Positions 10,512 through 20,767 of a DNA stretch of 64,000 bases are shown here, piece by piece; the first letter of the stretch is position 1; each line of letters opens with the position of its first letter. The notes beneath the pieces were generated by a model that saw only the letters and a list, made by a program, of their open reading frames with translations, searched no databases and was not told the DNA's origin. The stretch comes from an uncultured Acidobacteriota bacterium. Its GTDB lineage: Bacteria > Acidobacteriota > Thermoanaerobaculia > Gp7-AA8. The stretch spans positions 320,001 to 384,000 of the forward strand of contig CAWGHO010000002.1 in assembly GCA_963822445.1 (NCBI GenBank), written 5' to 3'. The translations under genes were made by a program, and so were the position numbers.

Positions 10512-12131
10512 TCACTTCACCGCACTCACGAAATCATGCGCGATCTTCGCGGCCGCGAACTCCGCTGGACCGGCATCCTCCGCGATCAGGGCGAAGGCGA
10601 TCTTCGGGTTGTCGACCGGGGCGAAGCCCATGATCAGCGAGTTGAAGCCGTTCTCGCGCTTACCGGCCGTGCCGGTCTTGAGCGCGAGCGTCGTTCCGGG
10701 CACGGCGGCGCGGCGTCCCGTTCCGTGCGGCCTCGTCACGACGGCGCGCATCGCCGCGATCACCATCTCCGCGGTCTCGCGCGGGATCACCTGCGTCGTC
10801 GTCTGCTTCGGCGGCTCGCCGGCGACCTCGCCGAGGATCGAACGGCGCGTGCGGTAGATCCGTGGTGTGGTCAGCGCGCCGCGATTGGCCATCATCGACG
10901 CCAGCATCGCCAGATGGAGCGTGGTGATGGTTTCGTGCTCGAGACCGATCGCGTAGAACGCCGTCTCGAAGTTGTTGAACAACTCTCCGACTGTCTTCCC
11001 GAGGGGAGCGTTGAAGAGGCCGAGGTTCGTCTGGCTATCGAAGCCGGCGGCTTTGTGCAGTTGCTGGAGCTTGTCGCGGCCCGCCCTCACGCCGATGTCC
11101 GCGAAGACGACGTTGCAGGACTGGGCGAGCGCTTCCTCGAAATCGGGCAGCGCGCCGTGGCCTTCTTCGCGCCAGTCCCCGAAGCTCCGGCCGTCGATCG
11201 GTAGTGCGCCTTTGCAGGTGTACGGAAAATCGACTTTCGTTCCCGTGCTCGCGGTGAGCACTTTGATCACCGAGCCGGGCTCGTACTGTTGCTCGAGAGC
11301 GAGGTTCTTCTTCGAGTTGCTCGCGATCGCAAGAATCTCGTTCGTCTTCGGATCGATGGCGACCAGCGACGCGCGCAGACCGCCGAGGGCTCGCATGGCC
11401 GCTCGTTGAACGTTCGCGTCGAGAGTGAGCTCGACCGAATCGTGCACGCCGAGGCGGCGGGCATTCGCTTCGATGGTCAGTGCGCCGGCGTCCTTCTCGA
11501 TCAGCGACTCGAAGTCCCTGTTCAGCGCGACCACGTCGCCGGTGGCGATCACATACGACGCGATCGGTGCACCGTTGCGGTCGACGACGTACGGCCACGT
11601 GCCCCGTTTGCGATCGTCGACCGCTCGCTTCAACGCCTCGAGCTTCTTCGCGTCGACGTCCCCCGCGTCAACGGCGCGCAACGCTGTCGCGGCATCGTCC
11701 ACGCGCCCCATCGCCGTCAGCGCGGCGGCGCGGTACAACGCGACGTCCTCGCTCTCCACCCGTTCGCGCGACGCCGTGTCGTACGCTAGAAAGTCCGCGT
11801 ACGCGCCGCGCGCGAAGAGCTGCTTCGCCACTTCGTCCTTGGTGACAACGGGAATCCACAGCCATCCGCGGCTGAGCGCGTCGAGATACTTCTGCGCGTC
11901 GGCGCGATGACCGGACGAAAGGTGGGCGGCGGCGAGGAGCTGGTGATACTGGCTCCGCCACAATTTCAACCGCGACCACTCCTCGGCAATCTTGACCGCG
12001 TCCGCGGTCTGCCCGGCGCGCCACTTCGACCGCGCCTGCGCCAGCGGAAGCCAGGCCACGCCGGCCAGCAGGCCGACGAGCACCAGCAAGACGGCGATCA
12101 GGAGTCCGCAGCCCCGTTTTCGTTCTGCCAA
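10512..12131 (-). CDS. Penicillin-binding transpeptidase domain protein with N-terminal TM and helical/TPR-like region
   Basis: SxxK (PGSVIK), SxN (QSCN) and KTG (KTGTA) motifs. Confidence 0.85.
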   Translation of the reverse strand: MAERKRGCGLLIAVLLVLVGLLAGVAWLPLAQARSKWRAGQTADAVKIAEEWSRLKLWRSQYHQLLAAAHLSSGHRADAQKYLDALSRGWLWIPVVTKDEVAKQLFARGAYADFLAYDTASRERVESEDVALYRAAALTAMGRVDDAATALRAVDAGDVDAKKLEALKRAVDDRKRGTWPYVVDRNGAPIASYVIATGDVVALNRDFESLIEKDAGALTIEANARRLGVHDSVELTLDANVQRAAMRALGGLRASLVAIDPKTNEILAIASNSKKNLALEQQYEPGSVIKVLTASTGTKVDFPYTCKGALPIDGRSFGDWREEGHGALPDFEEALAQSCNVVFADIGVRAGRDKLQQLHKAAGFDSQTNLGLFNAPLGKTVGELFNNFETAFYAIGLEHETITTLHLAMLASMMANRGALTTPRIYRTRRSILGEVAGEPPKQTTTQVIPRETAEMVIAAMRAVVTRPHGTGRRAAVPGTTLALKTGTAGKRENGFNSLIMGFAPVDNPKIAFALIAEDAGPAEFAAAKIAHDFVSAVK

Positions 12132-12856
12132 AGCTCGATTCTCTCCAGCCGCCTGAGCTGCAAGCGTTCTGCCGCGCTCGCATTGGCGATTGAGATTTCG
12201 AGGAAACCGCTCGATCCCACGATGAGAAACGCTCCCGGCGCGGCATCGGCGTAGCTCTGTTCGATCCGATCGATGAACAGGTCTCGCACCCGCAATCTGT
12301 ACGGCCGATTCACCCGCGCGGCCTCGATGTCGGTGATCGCGTTTCCGAAGCGGTCCACCGCGACGATCGTTCCGAGCACGACAGCGCCATACGCCGGCGG
12401 CTGATACGGAAGCCGCACCAGATCGATGAGCGGTCCGTCGATGCGTTTACCGTTGGCCAGGGCCGCGGCCACCGGCGCAAATCGATCGCGACCATGAAAC
12501 GTCGTGCTGGTCGTCGGGAGAAACAGCGTCTCGTCATCCACGGCGCGCCCACTTTCCGCAACGAACGTCAGCAGGCCGTTGTCGGGCGCGAGGAAAGTCC
12601 GCCCGTCCACGTCCGCGGCAACGATCTTTCGCGAAGTCCCCACGCCGGGATCGACGACACACACGAAGATCGTTCCCTCCGCCCAGTACGGCGCGACCGT
12701 TTTCAGGAACCACGCCGCTTCGAGGACGTCGAACGGCGCGATCTCGTGCGTCAGGTCGTGAATGGCCGCGCTGGTGCGCGCGGCGATGACGCCTTTCATC
12801 GCCGCGACGTAAGGATCGCGCGTGCCGAAGTCCGTCAGCAAGGCGATGCACGGCAT
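12098..12856 (-). CDS. SAM hydrolase / SAM-dependent halogenase family (DUF62)
   Basis: IALLTDFG..D.YV..MKG, VVDPGVG, APDNGLL, TFHGRDRFAP, DRFGN. Confidence 0.92.
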   Translation of the reverse strand: MPCIALLTDFGTRDPYVAAMKGVIAARTSAAIHDLTHEIAPFDVLEAAWFLKTVAPYWAEGTIFVCVVDPGVGTSRKIVAADVDGRTFLAPDNGLLTFVAESGRAVDDETLFLPTTSTTFHGRDRFAPVAAALANGKRIDGPLIDLVRLPYQPPAYGAVVLGTIVAVDRFGNAITDIEAARVNRPYRLRVRDLFIDRIEQSYADAAPGAFLIVGSSGFLEISIANASAAERLQLRRLERIELWQNENGAADS

Positions 12857-12879
12857 GCGGCGAATATACTCGCGCGGCC

Positions 12880-13530
12880 GTGTTCGCAACCGTCCCTCCC
12901 CCAGCCCAGCGTCTCCTCGTTTTCGCGCGGCTGCCCGAGCTCGGCCGAGTCAAAACCCGCCTGGCCGCGGACCTCGGCGACGAGCGCGCCCTCGCCGTGT
13001 ACGAGTCGATGTTGCGCGATCTCATCGCCTCGATCGGCGACTCCACCCGCGACACGGAGATCGAGCTGCTCTGGCCACCGAGTGCCACGGCGAACGGCGC
13101 GGCGTTGCGTCGCGCCTTCGCGCATCACGCCGTGGCGATGCAGACAGGCGTCGATCTCAGCGACCGTCTTTCCATGGCTTTCTCGGAACGGTTCTTCTTT
13201 CATCGCACCGAGAAAATCATCGCCATCGGCGCGGACGATCCGACGTTGCCGCGCGAGCTGATCGATCACGCGTTTGCACTGCTCGACTCCTGCGAATGGG
13301 TGGTCGGACCCGCTGCCGACGGCGGCTACTACCTGATCGGCTGCCGCGCCGGCGCGTTCGATCCCGAGGTTTTTCACGACATCGCGTGGGGCACCGCGAG
13401 TGTGCTCGATGCGACGATCGCCAAGATCGCGAAGAGCGAGCGAACCGTGGCCGTGTTGCCGCAGCGATGCGACATCGACACGGCCGAGGATCTGGAGCGT
13501 TATGCTCGCGCGACGGGCTGGCAGCCATGA
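12880..13530 (+). CDS. TIGR04282/DUF2064 family glycosyltransferase-like protein
   Basis: G.VKTRLA, Q.G.DL..R, IG.D.P, GPA.DGGYYLIG, DIDT.EDL. Confidence 0.9.
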   Translation: MFATVPPPAQRLLVFARLPELGRVKTRLAADLGDERALAVYESMLRDLIASIGDSTRDTEIELLWPPSATANGAALRRAFAHHAVAMQTGVDLSDRLSMAFSERFFFHRTEKIIAIGADDPTLPRELIDHAFALLDSCEWVVGPAADGGYYLIGCRAGAFDPEVFHDIAWGTASVLDATIAKIAKSERTVAVLPQRCDIDTAEDLERYARATGWQP

Positions 13531-15035
13531 AGATCCTCAACGCCGAGCAGATGCGCAACGTCGATCGCCGTACCACGGAGCGTTTCGGCGTTCCCTCGAT
13601 CGTGCTGATGGAGAACGCGGCCCTCGCCGTCGTCGACGCGATTTCCGATCACTACCCCGACGCCGACCGCGTGGCCATCATCTGCGGCCTGGGGCAGAAC
13701 GGCGGCGATGGATTCGCGGTCGCGCGGCATCTCGAGAATCGCGGCGTCGTGCCGGTCGTGCTCGTGATCGGCGATCGCGGCGGCATCAAAGGCGACGCGC
13801 TGACGAACTTCACCATCTGCGAGCGGCTGGGCATTCCGATCTACGACGTGCGCGAATCGAATGACGTCGAGACCGCGCTGGCGCATGCCGCCGATGCGGA
13901 TCTCCTTGTCGACGCGATTTTCGGCACGGGTCTGAATCGCGCGCCGTCAGGCGTGCATGCGGACGTGATCCGCGGCATCGCCGAGCTGCGCATCCCCGTC
14001 CTTGCGATCGATCTGCCGAGCGGCGCGAATGCATCGTCGGGCGAGCCGTTCGAGCCCTGTTTGCAGGCCGAGGTGACGGTGACGTTCGCGGCGCCGAAGC
14101 TTTGTCATGTGTTCGAGCCGGCCGCGCTGTACTGCGGCGAGGTGATCGTCGCGGACATCTCCATTCCCGAGATCGCGATTGACGACGAGGCGGTGACGCT
14201 CGCGCTGATCACGCCGAAAGACGTGCAGCCGCACGTCGCGCCGCGGCTCGCATCGACGCACAAGGGCACGTACGGCCATGTGGCGATGATCGCCGGCTCG
14301 CCCGGACGCAGCGGCGCGGCGGTGATGTCTGCGCGTGGTGCGATCCGCATGGGCGCGGGGCTGGTGACGGTGATGACGGATCGCGATACCGCGAACCTGG
14401 TGCACGCGGGCTCGGTCGAATCGATGACCTGGTCGGGTAACGATCTGTCCGAGTTCCTGAGCAACAAATCAGCGGTCCTGATCGGCCCCGGTCTGGCCGA
14501 TGACGAAGCGTCGTACGAGCAGGTTCGCGCGATCGTCGCCGCGACCGGCCTTCCCTCGATCATCGACGCCTCGGCGCTGAACGCCTTCGCCGGACGCGCG
14601 AATGAGCTCAACCCTCACGCCCTGCCGCGCGTGATCACGCCGCATCCCGGCGAGTTGGCTCGTCTGCTGAACAGCGACACGAAATCGATCGGCGCGGATC
14701 GCATCGCGGCCGCGCGCGAGACCGCGCGCATCAGCAACTGCGTGGTCGTGCTGAAAGGTCATCAATCGCTCGTCGCCGAGCCGGATGGTCATGTCTATGT
14801 GAATCCGACCGGCAACCCGGGCATGGCCGCCGGCGGAATGGGCGACGTGCTCGCGGGGATGATCGCTGCGCTGCTCGCGCGCGACACCGACCCGCTCGAC
14901 GCGGCCTGCGCCGCCGTTTACCTGCACGGCCTGGCGGGTGACATTCTCAAAGATGAATTCGGGGACACGGGACTCGCGGCGATGGACCTCGCCGAGCGGA
15001 TTCCGATGGCCATTCAGAAGGTGCGCGGCGCGTGA
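13527..15035 (+). CDS. nnr: Bifunctional NAD(P)H-hydrate epimerase/dehydratase
   Basis: MKILNAEQMR, LMENA, G.GQNGGDG, DAIFGTG, DLPSG, HKGTYG, ITPHPGE, GGMGDVLAG; ATGA overlap with upstream gene. Confidence 0.95.
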   Translation: MKILNAEQMRNVDRRTTERFGVPSIVLMENAALAVVDAISDHYPDADRVAIICGLGQNGGDGFAVARHLENRGVVPVVLVIGDRGGIKGDALTNFTICERLGIPIYDVRESNDVETALAHAADADLLVDAIFGTGLNRAPSGVHADVIRGIAELRIPVLAIDLPSGANASSGEPFEPCLQAEVTVTFAAPKLCHVFEPAALYCGEVIVADISIPEIAIDDEAVTLALITPKDVQPHVAPRLASTHKGTYGHVAMIAGSPGRSGAAVMSARGAIRMGAGLVTVMTDRDTANLVHAGSVESMTWSGNDLSEFLSNKSAVLIGPGLADDEASYEQVRAIVAATGLPSIIDASALNAFAGRANELNPHALPRVITPHPGELARLLNSDTKSIGADRIAAARETARISNCVVVLKGHQSLVAEPDGHVYVNPTGNPGMAAGGMGDVLAGMIAALLARDTDPLDAACAAVYLHGLAGDILKDEFGDTGLAAMDLAERIPMAIQKVRGA

Positions 15036-15457
15036 AGTTCGTCGCCATGACCGAAGCCGAATCCGCAGCCGCGGGCCGCGAGATCGCCCGCGCCCTCCCA
15101 CCCAACGCCGTCGTCCATCTCGTCGGCGATCTCGGCGCGGGCAAGACCTTTCTCGCGCGGGCCATCGCCGCAGAGCTGGGCGCCGATCCGCTCGAGGTCG
15201 CGTCGCCGACGTTCGCCATCGTTCACGAGTATCCGCGCCACGGCGGACCGCCGATCATTCACATCGACGCCTACCGCCTCTCCGACAACCGCCGCGAATG
15301 GCTGGAGATCGGCATTCCGGAAATGCTCGCCGGACCGGGCGTGAAGCTCATCGAATGGCCGAAGCGTGCGTTCGAGGAGTTCGAGGACGCGCACGTCGAC
15401 GTCGAGATCCGCGTGCGGGACGACGGCGCGCGCGAGATCACTGTAACCCCCGTGTAG
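15032..15457 (+). CDS. tsaE: tRNA threonylcarbamoyladenosine biosynthesis ATPase
   Basis: GDLGAGKT, SPTFAIVHEY, HIDAYRL, LIEW. Confidence 0.95.
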   Translation: MKFVAMTEAESAAAGREIARALPPNAVVHLVGDLGAGKTFLARAIAAELGADPLEVASPTFAIVHEYPRHGGPPIIHIDAYRLSDNRREWLEIGIPEMLAGPGVKLIEWPKRAFEEFEDAHVDVEIRVRDDGAREITVTPV

Positions 15458-15479
15458 TGTGGGCCTCTGGCCTACCTCT
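15452..15479 (+). repeat. REP element (GTAG class), left flank of RAYT
   Basis: gtgtagtgtgggcctctggcctacctct; inverted copy at 16084-16111 with 1 mismatch. Confidence 0.85.
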
Positions 15480-15542
15480 GTCTTTTTTCTACCCTCGTAT
15501 CCAAACGCCGCCACCCCAAATCTCCGAGGTAGCCTCGGTCGC

Positions 15543-16091
15543 ATGTCGCACCGCACCATCACCACCTCCCGCCCCCTGGGCCTCCCCCACTGGCAAGTCA
15601 ACGAAGGCACATACTTCGTCACCTTCCGCCTGATCGATTCCCTTCCAACTGATCTAGCCCGCATCCGCGGCGGCAAACGAATCGAAAATGAGCTCGATCG
15701 CGGCCTCGGCTCAGCCCATCTCGCACGACAGGACATCGGCGATCTGGTCTTCAACGCGCTTCGGGTGTTCCACCGCGAGCGGTACGTCCTCCACAGCGCG
15801 TGCGTGATGCCCAATCACGTGCACGCCGTCTTTCGCACGGTGCCTGGCGTGAGGCTCCGCGACGTCATGCACTCCTGGAAAGGCTTCACCGCACATCGCG
15901 CGAATCAGATGCTGGGGCGGCAAGGTACGTTCTGGCAGCGCGAGTCGTACGACCGGTTGATTCGAGATGGGAGAGAGTTCGAGAGGGCCAATGACTATGT
16001 TCTAGCGAATCCGGAGAAGGCGGGATTGCGGGATTGGAAGTGGGTGGAGAGGTTCGATGGGGAGTTCGTCGTGAAGTATAAAGAGAGGTAG
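15543..16091 (+). mobile_element. REP-associated tyrosine transposase (RAYT, Y1 HUH)
   Basis: TYFVTFRL, VMPNHVH (HUH), FWQRESYDRLIR, DYVLANP; flanked by inverted REPs. Confidence 0.9.
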
Positions 16092-16111
16092 GCCGGAGGC
16101 CCACACTACAC
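16084..16111 (-). repeat. REP element, right flank of RAYT
   Basis: agaggtaggccggaggcccacactacac is the reverse complement of the left REP. Confidence 0.85.
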
Positions 16112-16112
16112 C

Positions 16113-18383
16113 ATGCAGATCACCCCCCAGGTCGTCGCGTCGCACGGCATCACTCCCGACGAATACGAGCGCATCGAGCAGATTCTCGGGCGCGCGCCGA
16201 ATTACACCGAGCTGGGCATCTTCTCGGTCATGTGGTCCGAGCACTGCTCGTACAAGTCGTCGCGCGTGCACCTGCGCAAGTTCCCCACCTCCGGGCCGCG
16301 CGTGGTGCAGGGGCCGGGCGAAAACGCGGGGGTGATCGACATCGGCGACGGGTGGGTGGCGGCGTTCAAGATGGAGTCGCACAACCATCCCTCCTTCATC
16401 GAGCCGTATCAGGGCGCGGCCACCGGCGTCGGCGGGATCCTGCGGGACATCTTCACCATGGGCGCGCGGCCGATCGCCTGTCTTGACTCGCTACGATTCG
16501 GAGAGCTCGACGCGCCGCGCATGAAGTATCTCGTCGACGGCGTCGTGCGCGGCATCAGCGGCTACGGCAACTGCATCGGCATCCCCACCATTGGCGGCGA
16601 GACCTCGTTCCACTCGTCGTACAACGGCAACATCCTCGTCAACGTCTTCGCCCTCGGCGTCACCAAGGCGGAGAAGATCTTCAAAGGCACGGCCACCGGC
16701 GTCGGCAATCCGGTGATCTACGTCGGATCGAAAACCGGCCGCGACGGCATTCACGGCGCAACCATGGCCTCAGCCGAGTTCGACGAAGCCTCCGAAGAAA
16801 AGCGGCCAACCGTGCAGGTCGGCGATCCGTTCACGGAGAAGCTGCTTCTCGAGGCCTGCCTGGAGATCATGGACACCGACACGATCGTGGGCATCCAGGA
16901 CATGGGCGCCGCCGGCCTGACCTCTTCGTCATTCGAGATGGCCGGTCGCGCGGGCACGGGCATCCGCATGCATCTGGACCGCGTGCCGGTGCGAGAGAGC
17001 GGCATGACGCCGTACGAGATCATGCTCAGCGAGTCGCAGGAGCGGATGCTCATCGTGGCGAAAGCCGGGCGCGAACAGGAAGTGATCCGCACGTTCGAGA
17101 AATGGGACCTCAACGCGGCGGTCGTCGGCGAAGTCACGGACGACGGCTTCGTGAGATTGATGTGGAACGGCGAGGAAGTCGCGAAGATCCCCGTGGATCC
17201 GATTTCGACCGAGGCGCCGGTTTATGAGCGGCCGGTTTCGCGGGGGGAGTATGCGGATCGCGTCGCGCCGAAGCTCGAGCGCGAACAGAGCGCGGACGGC
17301 GATCAGACCGACACGCTGTTGCGCCTCATCGCCTCGCCGAATCTCTGTTCCAAGCATTGGATCTTCGGCCAGTACGACACCACCGTGCGCACGAACACCA
17401 TCGCCGGACCGGAGAAACGCGACGCGGCGGTCGTGCGCATCAAAGAGACCGGCCGTGCGCTGGCGATGACGTCGGATGTGAATCCCGTTTACTGCTACCT
17501 CGATCCGTACGAAGGCGGAAAGCAGGCAGTGGCCGAAGCGGCGCGCAACATCGCCGTCTCCGGGGCGCGTCCTGTGGCCATCACCGATTGCCTCAACTTC
17601 GGTTCACCCGAGCGCGCCGAGATCATGTGGCAATTCGCGGAGTGCATCCGCGGGATCAGCGACGCCTGCCGCGCGCTGGAGACGCCGGTGGTCTCCGGCA
17701 ACGTTTCGTTCTACAACGAGACCGAAGGCCGCGCCGTGTATCCGACGCCGACGGTGGGCATGGTCGGGATCATGGAGAGCGATCGCGATGGCTGCGGTCT
17801 CGCCTTCCCTGCCGCCGATCTCGACGTGATCCTCATCGGCGACACGCGCGACGAGCTGGGCGGCTCGGAATGGCAGCAGATGTTCGCGGCCAACGCGTTC
17901 GCCGCGCCGCCGCGCGTCGATCTCGATCGCGAGCGCGCGCTGGTCGAGTTACTGCTGGAGCTGCACGGCGCGACGGTTCTTCGCGCGGCGCACGACATTT
18001 CGAACGGCGGATTCGCGGTCGCGCTCGCAGAGATGTCGATGAACGGCATCGGCTGTCATGTCGACCTGGCCGGACACGCCGATGACGTCGATTCGACCGC
18101 ACTCCTGTTCAGCGAATCGCAGGCGCGGGTGATCGTGGCGACCAGTGACGCGGAACGAGTCCTGTCGCTCGCCTCGAATCGCGGCCTGAGTGCGGTGCAC
18201 ATCGGCCACACGTCGCACGGCACGTTTCTCATCGAGCGCAACGGCGTGCCGCTCGTGCGCGTGGCGGCGCAGGAGCTGGCCCGCGTCTGGCGCACCGCCT
18301 TCGCCCTCCTCCTCGGCGGCGACACCATCGAGGAAGTGCTGCGGGGCATGGGCGAGGAAGCCCTCGACGTCATGGCCCACTGA
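16113..18383 (+). CDS. purL: Phosphoribosylformylglycinamidine synthase subunit PurL
   Basis: [51 protein letters not shown]. Confidence 0.97.
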   Translation: MQITPQVVASHGITPDEYERIEQILGRAPNYTELGIFSVMWSEHCSYKSSRVHLRKFPTSGPRVVQGPGENAGVIDIGDGWVAAFKMESHNHPSFIEPYQGAATGVGGILRDIFTMGARPIACLDSLRFGELDAPRMKYLVDGVVRGISGYGNCIGIPTIGGETSFHSSYNGNILVNVFALGVTKAEKIFKGTATGVGNPVIYVGSKTGRDGIHGATMASAEFDEASEEKRPTVQVGDPFTEKLLLEACLEIMDTDTIVGIQDMGAAGLTSSSFEMAGRAGTGIRMHLDRVPVRESGMTPYEIMLSESQERMLIVAKAGREQEVIRTFEKWDLNAAVVGEVTDDGFVRLMWNGEEVAKIPVDPISTEAPVYERPVSRGEYADRVAPKLEREQSADGDQTDTLLRLIASPNLCSKHWIFGQYDTTVRTNTIAGPEKRDAAVVRIKETGRALAMTSDVNPVYCYLDPYEGGKQAVAEAARNIAVSGARPVAITDCLNFGSPERAEIMWQFAECIRGISDACRALETPVVSGNVSFYNETEGRAVYPTPTVGMVGIMESDRDGCGLAFPAADLDVILIGDTRDELGGSEWQQMFAANAFAAPPRVDLDRERALVELLLELHGATVLRAAHDISNGGFAVALAEMSMNGIGCHVDLAGHADDVDSTALLFSESQARVIVATSDAERVLSLASNRGLSAVHIGHTSHGTFLIERNGVPLVRVAAQELARVWRTAFALLLGGDTIEEVLRGMGEEALDVMAH

Positions 18384-18401
18384 CTGCTTTACGATGTTCC
18401 C

Positions 18402-18614
18402 ATGCTCAAGCTTGAAGACTCGACGGAAGCGCGCGTCGCACGCGTGACGTTCAACGAGACCATGCAGGCGGAGATCCTTTTCTCCGACGGGCGCGAGGTC
18501 GTCTGGACGGGACAGCTTGCCGTGGACTTGCGCACGGCGGTGCAGATGGCGGTGCGGCGCGGTTTCGAGCACAAGAAGCGCGGCAGCTCGGGACCGAACA
18601 CGTCGGCGAATTAG
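18402..18614 (+). CDS. Small hypothetical protein (70 aa)
   Basis: Fills the gap between purL and a convergent gene; TACGAT lies 6 nt upstream of the ATG. Confidence 0.55.
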   Translation: MLKLEDSTEARVARVTFNETMQAEILFSDGREVVWTGQLAVDLRTAVQMAVRRGFEHKKRGSSGPNTSAN

Positions 18615-19607
18615 TTACTTTGCGAGCGCGATCGCGGCGATGTCGCGATTGAGGTCCTGGCGCCAGCGTTTCAGCAGGCTGTTCGACGACCAGACGATGA
18701 CCACGCGATCGTCGGGGTAGTTGACGACCTGAGTCGCGTACTGCGGCATGCCGCCACCCTTGTGAATCCGCCGGCGGCCGTCCGCATCGCGGTCGACATG
18801 CCACGCGTACCCCTCGGAGAAAGGATGTTCCTCGAACATCTTCTTCATGCGCGGATTGCTCTGCAGCGCGAGAAACCACGCGTAGATCTCGCCGACAGTT
18901 GCGATCATCCCGCCGGCACCGCGTGTGCCCCAGTTGCGAGGCGGCGGAACGTTCTCTGTCGCATCGGCGCCGGAGTAACCGCGAGCGAACCGCTTCCGTG
19001 GGATCGCGGTCTCGCCGCGAAAGTAGATCTCGCCAGGCCAGAGCTCGCGGACGAACGACTCGTAACTCTTGCTTGTGACTTTTTCAATGACCGCCGCCAG
19101 CACGCTGTAGCCGGCGTTCGTGTATCGATAGCTCGCTCCGGGTACCGACTCGGCGGGAACGCGCTTGACGTTGGCGATGAAGTCGTCGCGATCTGCGCCC
19201 ACGCCGAGATCCGTACCTTCCGGTACGAGCCCCGCCGAGTGATTGGCAAGGTGGTGGATGGTCGCGGTGGCTTTCGCGGGCGGGAACTCGCCGAGATGAC
19301 GCGAAAGAACGTCGCTGGTGCTCAACCGGCCGCGTGCTTCGAGCTCGAGGATCGCCGCAGCGGTAAACGTCTTTTCCAGAGACGCGACCTCGTACAGCGT
19401 GTTCGTGTCGTTGCGGATGCCGCGCTCGCGATCGGCCAACCCATAGCCGGCGTGATGAATGACGTGGCCGTCTTTCGCGACGAGCACCGTGCCGGAGAAG
19501 CCCTGCGCCTCGAAGCCGGTCAGGAGGGCGTGCAGTTTCGGATCGACGTTCGAGGTGGTCGCGCAGCCGGTCGCGAGGAACGCAGCGAGGATGAGGACGC
19601 GCGTCAC
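18615..19607 (-). CDS. Serine hydrolase, beta-lactamase/AmpC family, predicted lipoprotein
   Basis: Signal ..AFLATGC, SxxK (VASLEK), YTN, HKGG; GTGA overlap with fahA. Confidence 0.88.
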   Translation of the reverse strand: MTRVLILAAFLATGCATTSNVDPKLHALLTGFEAQGFSGTVLVAKDGHVIHHAGYGLADRERGIRNDTNTLYEVASLEKTFTAAAILELEARGRLSTSDVLSRHLGEFPPAKATATIHHLANHSAGLVPEGTDLGVGADRDDFIANVKRVPAESVPGASYRYTNAGYSVLAAVIEKVTSKSYESFVRELWPGEIYFRGETAIPRKRFARGYSGADATENVPPPRNWGTRGAGGMIATVGEIYAWFLALQSNPRMKKMFEEHPFSEGYAWHVDRDADGRRRIHKGGGMPQYATQVVNYPDDRVVIVWSSNSLLKRWRQDLNRDIAAIALAK

Positions 19608-20767
19608 GAAGCCACGACCACGCCGCGGCACTCGCCGAAACCGATGCGAGGCAACCCGTCGCGCTCGCAATAGCCGCGCAGAATCACTTCATCGCCGTCT
19701 TCGAGGAACTTGCGCGTCTCGCCGGTCGGCAACTCGACCGGTTCGCTGCCGCGCCAGCTCAGCTCGAGCAGCGATCCGCGCGATTCCTTCGAATCGCCGG
19801 AGATTGTGCCGCTGGCCAGCAGATCACCCGGCTGAAGGTTGCAGCCGTTCGAGGTGTGATGCGCGACGAGTTGCGCGACGGTCCAGTACATGTCGCGAAA
19901 GTTGCCGCGGCTTAGGCGCACGGGCTCGCTCATCGATTTCGTGCGCAGCCAGACCTCGACATTGATATCGAAGCCGACGTCGTCCTGCAGATATGGCATC
20001 GGCTCAGGATCGCCGTCGGCGCGCTTGAAGGCCGTCGTGCGATAGGGCTCGAGCGCGTCGAGCGTGACGATCCACGGCGAGATCGACGTTGCGAAGCTCT
20101 TGGCCAGGAAGGGGCCGAGGGGCTGGTACTCCCAGGTCTGGATGTCGCGGGCGGACCAGTCGTTGACGAGACAGAAGCCGAAGACGCGATCGAGCGCGTC
20201 GCTCGCCGCGACCGGCTCTCCGAGTTGATTTCCGCGGCCTATGAACATTCCGAGCTCCATCTCATAGTCGAGACGTCTGCTCGGCCCGAAAGTTGGCGGC
20301 GCGTTCGGATCGTCGCGCGTCTGCCCTCGCGGGCGCTTCACCGGCGTGCCGCTGACGACGATCGAGGAGGAGCGGCCGTGGTAGCCGATGGGAATCCATT
20401 TGTAGTTCGGCAGGAGCGGATTGTCGGGCCGGAACATCGAGCCGACGTTCGTGGCGTGATGGATGGACGCGTAGAAATCGGTGTAGTCCCCGATGCGCGC
20501 CGGAAGGAGCATCCGCGCGTCTTTCATCGGGAGGAGCTCCAGATTCCTGTCGAGTAGTTGCCGGATCTTCTTCTTGACCGCGACAGTCGCGTTCTTCGCC
20601 ATGAACGCGTTGAGCCGCGGCTCGAGCAGCGCCGGCTCGTCGATCAGTCCGTCGCGCACACATGCGTGAAGATCGAGGATGCGATCTTCGATGGCCGTGC
20701 AGATGTGCGGCTCGCCGTCGTGGTCGAAGACGCCGAAGGGAAGGTTTTCGATGGGGAAATCGGTCAC
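19604..20767 (-). CDS. fahA: Fumarylacetoacetase
   Basis: DFPIENLPFG, GDYTDFYAS..HATNVG, YHGRSSS, LDYEME, NDWSARDIQ.WEYQPLGPF. Confidence 0.96.
   Translation of the reverse strand: MTDFPIENLPFGVFDHDGEPHICTAIEDRILDLHACVRDGLIDEPALLEPRLNAFMAKNATVAVKKKIRQLLDRNLELLPMKDARMLLPARIGDYTDFYASIHHATNVGSMFRPDNPLLPNYKWIPIGYHGRSSSIVVSGTPVKRPRGQTRDDPNAPPTFGPSRRLDYEMELGMFIGRGNQLGEPVAASDALDRVFGFCLVNDWSARDIQTWEYQPLGPFLAKSFATSISPWIVTLDALEPYRTTAFKRADGDPEPMPYLQDDVGFDINVEVWLRTKSMSEPVRLSRGNFRDMYWTVAQLVAHHTSNGCNLQPGDLLASGTISGDSKESRGSLLELSWRGSEPVELPTGETRKFLEDGDEVILRGYCERDGLPRIGFGECRGVVVAS

Noticed and set aside
12098-12856. Possible fluorinase/chlorinase for halometabolite synthesis
   Set aside because: Housekeeping context and the HGRD motif fit the widespread DUF62 SAM hydrolase; no biosynthetic cluster nearby
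12822-13526. Long N-terminal extensions in the ORF track (nnr 737 aa; also hmgA 616, hppD 701, STAND 1402, DUF2911 932, cyclase 580 aa)
   Set aside because: GC-rich read-through over neighbouring genes; family-typical starts lie downstream
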